Below, in pieces: positions 10,301 through 19,300 of a DNA stretch of 64,000 nucleotides. This DNA is from a virus: positions 1,952-65,951 of IMG/VR virus record IMGVR_UViG_3300027836_000011. One strand, 5' to 3'. The notes beneath the pieces were generated by a model, which saw only the letters and a program-made list of their open reading frames with translations, was not told where the DNA came from and ran no database searches. Numbering within the stretch: the stretch's first letter is position 1; each line of letters begins with the position of its first letter. Made by a program: the position numbers and the translations under genes.

Positions 10301-13300
10301 AACATGTTTAATGTTTATTGTTGAGTGATTATCTTGAGATGGAATACGTACACCAAACATTTTTGATAATACATCCGGGAATGCTGAATCAGTATTCTCA
10401 ACTAAATCCATTACAGATTTAAAGTGAGCTGGCATAAGCATCTCAGTATATCTTTCACCTGTAAAGTTTCCATCTTTATCATATTCTTTTACACCAGATC
10501 TTAAACGGTCAAGTATAACAACACCATTTTTATTATCTTTAAGTGTAACAGATAAAGTATCATACGCACCTAGTTCAGGTTTGTTGGCCATACTATTCCA
10601 AACATTCTCTCTAATGATTTCTGATCTATCAGGTACACCATTTTCATCTACACTAAATACTCTTCTATAAACTTTGGTACCAAAATCAGATACTAAAGCT
10701 ACAGCATGACCTGGTGCTTTTTCAGCAAGCGCGCCTTTACTTAAATAACTTAAGAACAACTGTTCAAATTTATTTAAAGTAATAGGATTATTTAAATCAT
10801 ATTTTTGTTCTCCATCTTGAGTTGAAAAGAACTCTAACAAGTTACTACTTGCTTGAGATGCTTTAAGACCCTCAGTAGCATATCTTAAAAATGCCATTAA
10901 GTTTGGAGTTACTTTATTATTTTGTTTAGAGATTGCAAGTTCTTGCATTCCTTTTTCAAAACTGAAAATTAAGTTTCTTTTATTCTTGTATTTTAATTCA
11001 ACTTTAGCTGAGGTAGCAAGATTATAAGCAGTTCTAATTTGACCTACAGTCATATTCAAAGCTTCAACAAAGACATCATCTTTTTGCTCAGAAGTAACAA
11101 TATTTTTTACTTGTGTTGGATCAATAACTTCTGTCTTATTTGACGGTGTTAAAACCTGAAGACCCATGTATTTTGCACTCAATGTACTATGACCATTTGT
11201 AAATGAATTAGTATTACCCAAGTCACTAAGTGGATTTACACGTTGCTTTAACATTTTAAGTGCAGTCAATGGTGCCGCTATACTAATTGTTTCTTTAGTT
11301 TTTTCAATAGCTTCAAGTTTAACTCTTAAGTTATGCAAGTCAACTTTATTTTCTTTAGGTACAAAAGTTACATTTCCATTTTCATCTACAATTTTATTAG
11401 ATGTAAGTTGTGGAGTTAAAACAAAAGCAGACATTTTGATAAATGTTTTACCATCACCATACACTAATTTCTTAGAGTTAAGCATACTATCCATATCTAC
11501 ATAACCATCTTGACCAAATATTTCTTCTGATGATATATCTTCACCAGCTTCAATTTTATCAATCAGTCTTGCTTGAGCAGGATTAAGTTTACCAAATCCA
11601 AACCACATATATCTAAATGCTTTTGTAGTCATCCACATTTGAGCATCTGATCTATCAATGTTACTACCAGTTAAAGCAGATACACCAATTGGTTCCTCTA
11701 AAGCAACTAAACTAATATCATCAACTGTATGCATTACACCCATATCTTCTGCAGATATAGAAGTATAAGCACTATAGTATGCAGCATTCTGCATCTTAGC
11801 TCTTTTAACAGCATCAACTCCATCTTTTAATGTAACAGCCTGGTCACCTAAAAGAACTTCGTTTATAGCTGATGTATTGATCCAGTCATTAAAGAATATT
11901 TGTTTTAAGTTATATTCTTTATCATAAGTAAGATTAAGCAATTCAGCTGACTCAACTAAATTTTGATTAGGTTTTGTTGTAGCTGCTAAACCTTCAGTTA
12001 TATTTTTACTTAATTGATCTTCTATTTGTAATTCTTTTATGCCTTCAGAAAATTTATTGTATTGACTTTCTAATTGTGCATTTACTATAGATTTAAATGC
12101 CTTATCAGTTATATTTAATTCTTTCAAAGCATCTGCTAAAGATGGAGCATTTTCACGTTTTGCAATTTCTTCTAAAGAAGCTTTTAATTCTGGAGTAAGT
12201 AATAATCCTGAATTAATTAATTTAAATGCTCTACCATTATTAGTATTGTATCCAAGTTGAATTTCTTGAGTTTTAGTTTCAGGATTTGATTCTCTTCTGA
12301 TTCTATCATACTCAGTTTCAATGTTGGTTGCAAAAGCATTTATTGTTTCATCAGTCAATACAACTTTGCCACCACCCGGTTTATCAAACTTAACAGCTTT
12401 AATTACAGGTAGATAAGTTAAATCCCCAGTATTAGATGCTTCCAATACTCTAAGTAATACAGGAGCCAATGCGGCTTTAACTGTTTTATTTAACACATTA
12501 TCAAAGTATTCAACTGAGTCAACCTTATTACTTTTGGTATTTAATAGAGCAGTGTATGTATTAAGTATACTTAATGCAAATTCTTGTGGTGTATAATTAC
12601 CATAAGATGCTTTATTAGAGACACCTGAAATCTTATCATTAAGTTCTTCTTCAGTACTATTAATTTTACCAACACTACTTCCAGCAATTCTTAATACTTT
12701 CTGTCTGTTTTCTGCAGACATTTGTATAAATGCTTCACTATTTAAAAGAAAGTTATTTCTTAAATATGGATCAGAATCTTTAAGACGCTCAAGTTCTGCT
12801 ACATCATTTAATTCTTGTATTCTTTTTAAATGGAATGTAGGAAGTTGATGTGCATATACCAAGTTACCTTCAGGGTTTTTGAATACAGATGCTCCAATTG
12901 TTTCATCAAATGGCGCATTTTGAATTGCTAATGTTCTAATTCTAGAACTAGCTCCTGTTTCTCCTTCACTAAAGATATCATTACCCTGTTGGATTAATTT
13001 ATTTATTTCAAGAATATCACTATAGCTTATAGGCGTTTGTTCAGAATTAGCATTTACTAATGCTGCCTGTGGAACTGTAGGATTATTTCTAGATGATGCA
13101 ATACTAAATGCAATAAATTGCTTGCTTAATTTAATACCAGTAAGTCTAAAAATATCTTGTGAATATTTAGAAGATAACTCAGATAATTTTGGATCTGAAA
13201 TTTCTGTATCACTAGGTTTTAAATAACTTGCAAAATCTTCCAATGTTCTAACAGTTTCATTCTTAACTTTTACATCAGATTTAATTTTCTTTTCAGCTTG

Positions 13301-16300
13301 TCCCCAAGCTTGAGACCATGATTCTAATTGTGAATTAATATCATCTCTTTGTGCTGCAGAATAAATTAATACTGCACCGGCATTATCTCTTTGTACAAAT
13401 AAGTAATCTACTCTAAATGTTGTGAATCCTTTTACAACAGATTGAAATAAAGCAGCATTCTTAATCTTAGTAGGTAATGGACCTGACTCTAATAATGTAT
13501 CTACAGATATACCAAAGTCTTGTAATAATCTTGTTACAACAGCACCAGTCTGTGGATTATCTAATCCAAAGAAGTACATATTCTGTAACATCTTTTTAGG
13601 ATCATCAATATTCTTAACAGCTTTTAATAATCCATTATAAGCAGATGTAAAGTTAATTGGAACAATTAGTTTTACTCCAGGCTTTAATTCTGTATTACCA
13701 AAGTAATCTGTTTCTTCTATAGTTGTTGTAGCCAAATAACTTCTTAGCCCTTCAGATAAGGAACCAAAACCACCAATCATAGACGCATCCATGTTGTATT
13801 GTTCTACATTTCTTAAACCAACTTGCTCTTCAAAATATTCATTATTATATTCTTCTTCTTGAGTTTGCTTAGTTATAATGTTTAATACTTTAAATACTTC
13901 AGATTTTAATTCATCAGAAAAATTATAAAATACCTCATTGATTTGTGGTAAAAATTTCTTTTGTTCATCTGAAAGTTTTTGATTTGATTCTGTTTCTTCA
14001 TCATATAAAGCAGCAAAATCATTCATCACGTTCTCAAGTATGTCCCCACGCTTAACATTAGGGTCTCTTACTTTTTGTATTTCTTGAATATACATAGCAG
14101 CTATACTTGAAACTAAAGGTTCAGCAATAGCACTATCTAAGAAATAGTATCCAATTTTGTTATTAGCATTTTGTTCAGTATCATATGGTAATAATGCATT
14201 AGCTTCTAATGATACACCAGTCATTAAACTGTTGACAAATTGATTTGAATTTATTGACGCATTTTTAAACTTGCCCGCATCAATGTTTTCATATAACGTA
14301 AGTAATTGATTCTTAGTAAAGGACTGGAATACAGACTTAATCCACTCCATAATTCTAGTGAATAAAGACTTAACAGAAGAATCTGTTTGAGTTGATTTTG
14401 CATTTGTTTTAAATTTTTCAAATTCATCAGCCAGGTATTCTTCATAATATTCTTGTTCTAATCTTTCACGGCTCATGTTAGAATAAGTATCTGCTGAATT
14501 TCTGAATCTTTCTAATTCAGCTTCAAAGCTTTTTCCTTCTGCTCTTAACTTAGCTCTTACTTCTTTTCTTGCAATTGCTAAATATTTTGTAATTTCTGCA
14601 TCAGTTAATAGCATTCTAAACACACCATGAAATGCTTCATGATATCTAAATGGAGATCTAGCTCCAGTAAACAATGTTCCATTAACAGTTAATCCTCCAC
14701 CAAGATCATTAAGGTTTAATACAAAAGCACCAACGCGTACACCAGCATTCTTAAGATTATTACCTAATGTTTCAATATCAGCTATAGATATAAAACTAGG
14801 AAGATTGTTTCCGGCCCACTCTGTAAATACATCAATGTCTTCAACATCAGCGGCAGCATCTTCAACAGAAACTATTTTGTTAGCTTCACTTTCTAATTTT
14901 TTTCTTTCAGCTAAAAGATCTTGATACTCTTTGCTTTCCTTAACAGCTTTAATTTTAGCAGCTCCAACTAACCCTTGAGTAAGTTGTGCTTTAAGAATTT
15001 CAAGTTGTTGTTTAACACCTTCTAGTTTATTTAATCTAACACCATTTCTTAAAGCATTAATATCATCTACATTAATGTCTTCAGGATTTATGCTATCAGT
15101 ATTTATTCTATCTGCTTTTTCTTCTGGAGTTACTACATTAGATACATCCGCTTTAGTAGAAACTAATACAGGTAACTTAATTATAACAGAACCATCTGCT
15201 TGGTTAAACAATAATTGTACACCAGGCATTAAAGATGTTACTTGTTCTTTAATTTTATTAAATTCATCTTGAGTAATACCTGTTTGTCTTTCATATAAAT
15301 CTTGAATCTCATCTTCTGTTTTTGCATTTTTAAGTTTCTCTAATGTTGCTTTATTTAATTCAACATTATTAGTTACTGGATTACCATTAACCGTAAGAAC
15401 CTCATAATCTCTTTTTAGATTATTTGCATAAACTCTTAGACCATCTAAAGATATATTTGTTTTCTCTGTATATTCATGACCAGCAGGTAATAGTTTTTGA
15501 ACCTCAGTCATCATACTTTTAAATGAAGCCTTATCACCTGATTTGTTTTCCATTTTGGATGTCCACCTATTTGAAGGAGTAATAACAACATTACCATTGA
15601 CAATAGATTTAGTATAGATTCTGATATAACCCACATAATCATTATCAGATTTACCTGTCATTATAACATCAACAAGACCATTTTCAGGATTAGTGTATTC
15701 AGCAATACCAACCCCATTAACTTCTTTATAAGAAGATATATTAGAATTTTTATTACTACCACCAACTACATCAGCAAATTCAGATTGATCAGGAAATAAA
15801 TCCTTACGTCTATCTTGCATAGGGTCAGCAGCTGTTCTTAATTCAGGTCCTTTAGGAATTGGATTTCCTTGCGCATCTGTAAACATTTCTGTTGGTGTAA
15901 ATACACCTTGTGTAACTACAGGAATATTTTTAGCAGCTTGAATAGCTCCAGAATCAGCAGATAATTGAATTGCACTAACTGATGAAACTTGAGGTGCTAC
16001 TTCAGTTGTAGTTTTTTCAATTATTTCTTGAACACCCGCTTCTCTAGAATATGAAGCTCTAAAGTTTGCAGCTGTAAGATTTACATCAGAAGCAACCACT
16101 GCTGGTAATTCATTAAACTGATCTAATAAAAGTTTAAGTTTTTGATCAACAGATAAATCTTTATTTAAAATATCAGCTTTGTTTAGTCTAACTATACCTA
16201 TTTGTTTATTATTTGAATCAGAAATTTCCAATTCAATTTTACCCCATGGACTTACTTGTAATGAAAGTCTGAATCCTGGTTTAGCACTAATAAATAATTC

Positions 16301-19300
16301 ACTTCTTAAAGCTTTATTGTAATCAACATTAAATCTTTTATCAAATTTCTCAACATTTTTTTCAGGATTTTCAGATAAAGTTAATTGAGCTCTATCCAAT
16401 AATTCAAGAAACTTAGTATTTAAATCAATTGATTTAGCTTTTAAATTTACTAAAGCATAACTACCATCTTGCAATAATACTGCAGCTACATAAGCATCTG
16501 TTAAACTTGTAATGCTATCAAGCATTCCTTGTTTAGTTAAACTTTCTTCAACTCTATCTATAAGCTCTCTTCTTTCTTCACCTTCAAGATTTGATATAGC
16601 AACTTTAGTTCTTGAACCTCCTTTGTTATTTTCTAATTGATAAATTAAATAATTACCATTTTCATCAGCAGATTTAAATTCTAAATCATTTAATGACTTA
16701 GGTGTTTTATCATAAACAGTTATACCTGGTTTAGAAATAAAAGATAAACCACTAGGTAATTTTGAAATTGATATAACTCCATCAGGATTATTTGCTATTA
16801 ACTCAGGTAGTGCAGAACTTAATAAATTATTTAAAGCAAAATTATTTTGAGCACGCTTTAAATCTTCTTCAGTATTTACACTCATTCCTGCAGGAACATA
16901 GATTAAATTTTTATAATCTTCTGCTGTCATAGTAGAAGGATTAATAACAGTACCTTGAGAATTGGTTATTACAAAATTTGTATTTTGCATAAAACCAAAA
17001 ACACCATTTGAGGAATTACTTTTATTTAATCCACTTGCTTCAATAGCAGCATCAATCTTAGCTTGAGTTTCTGGATTAGAAGTTCTTATTCCCACTGAAT
17101 ATTTTGCTCTTACAGTTTGAATGTAAGGGTTTGCTTCTTTAAAACCAGGAATAATTAAATTACCATTGTTTACTCCACCTTCAGGGTCTAATGTAACAAC
17201 TAATTCTAGTTGGCTTAGTTCTTCAGGACTTAGCACTGACATAACTAAGTTATATCTTGCAGTTGCTTGTTCAGGACTTTCTAACCATTGATTAGTTACA
17301 ACATCTTTGTTTCTATAAGCATATGGTTGAATAGGCTCATTTATATTAAGTCTGCTGACATTTTGTGGTAAGACTTTAAGATCTAAAGCTTGAACTGTAA
17401 AAGATGCTTTAAATTCACCCTGTGCAATTTTAAATGAAGCATTTGTTGTTTCATCTATTGATGGGCTAATATCATCAGATGCTATTAACATTAATTTACG
17501 TTCTGTACCTACTTGTTTAGGTTGACTTAATACAATAAACTCTTTACCTGATAAATCATAAACTAACTGTCCATAATTTAAAGTTACATCATCAAAAATA
17601 AATTGTGTTGAATCCGGTGCAGCATTGTCTAATGTTTTTTGCATAGACAAAGCTTTTGCTTTATCACCTTCAGCAAATATACCAAAGGTAGGAATACCAT
17701 ATCTAGTTAAAGTTTCCTCATCAATTGGTTGTTTAGATTGATCTACTAACTGATATGATATAACAGTATTACCTTCTGAGTCAAGAGTTTTTAATTCAAC
17801 TAATGAAACTGTGTTTCCTTTTTTAACTGTTGTTATATTTTTGTTTCCTTCTACAGCTTCTCCTTCATTAGGTAACAATTCTGTTTGACCAGTAACATCA
17901 TCAATAGTTAAACCCAATGCATTAACAACAGATTCTACCAAGTCATTTGTTTTACCTTCCTGACTTTGCAACCATGGGATTAATCCAGCTTCAGTTCTGA
18001 TTTCTTCTTCAGTTAATGGATTATTAGGATTTATTAATTTGTCATTACTAATCCATATTTTTTTAACTGCAATGAAAGCAGCTCTATGATTTTTACCAGA
18101 CTCACTATTAACCCACTTATCAAATGTTACAGGTTTTCTTCCTGCAGTAGTTTCTTTAACTGCATATTTAGCATAAGCTTTTTTCATTGTGTTTTCTAAC
18201 ACAACTGAATCTTTAACTGATACTTCAACATCAATAATTACATTATCCAATATATCATCTACTTCATCTCTGCTTTCTTCTGCTGTTTCCTCTTCAGTTT
18301 TAACTTCTTCTACTTTTTTATCAGGTCTTGTTTGTTCATAGTCAGATAATAATCCCTGAATATCTTCCAATGCTTCTTTGTCAAAAGAAGTTAATTGTTC
18401 TCCTTTTTGATTATAAAATGTTTTTAAATATTTACTGTCTCCAGTTTCCAAAAACATTTTCATTTCAACATTGTTTGGAATATATCCCAACTTTGCAATT
18501 TGATTTGCTAATTCATTTCTCTCAATTACATCAGTATAATCACGTACTTGTTGTTCAAATATTGCCTTTCTGTTTTTGTATTGTTCTTGTAATACTTCAG
18601 CAGTTCTTTGAAATACAAGGTCAAACTTTTGAGGATCATTTAAATACTCAATTGTTTTATCATATACTTTAGCTCTACCCTGTAATGCATTATAATCTAT
18701 AATTTGTTTTAACGCAGCATCAACAGCTTCTTTATTAACAAATGTACCAGATTGTTTAGCCATGTATTTTACATAGTTTTCAAACTCTTTTCTAAGTGCA
18801 CCAATTTTTCTTTTATCAAATGAACCATCTTTAGCTTGATTCTCTTCATTCATTAATATGTTTTTGAATGCAGATAGTCTTTCAACTTTTTCTGTCTTTT
18901 CTTTTACTCTAGCAGTATTAGTTGGATCACCTGATAATATAATAGCTTCTTCAGTTAACATTTGTATTTCTTTGTCAATAGAATTTTGATCTAACAATAC
19001 TGTTAAATCATTAGCTGCCATTTTATCAAACAATGGTTCAGATACTAAATTTTGATAAATATTATTTGATCTTTCCAATGCTCTGGTAAATCCATCTTGA
19101 GTAAACATATAAAGATATCTTGCATGTTCAAATGCAACTTTCTTTATTGTTTCTTCTGTCCATTGTCTAGAACCTTTTTCAAAAGACTCTGGCATAAATG
19201 GATTTTGATATCTATCTTTTGATTGCTCATATACAGTTTCAGTTCTATCAATTTGATTAACCAAACTCTGAAGACGCTCTCTAATTTTTCCATTTTTAAT

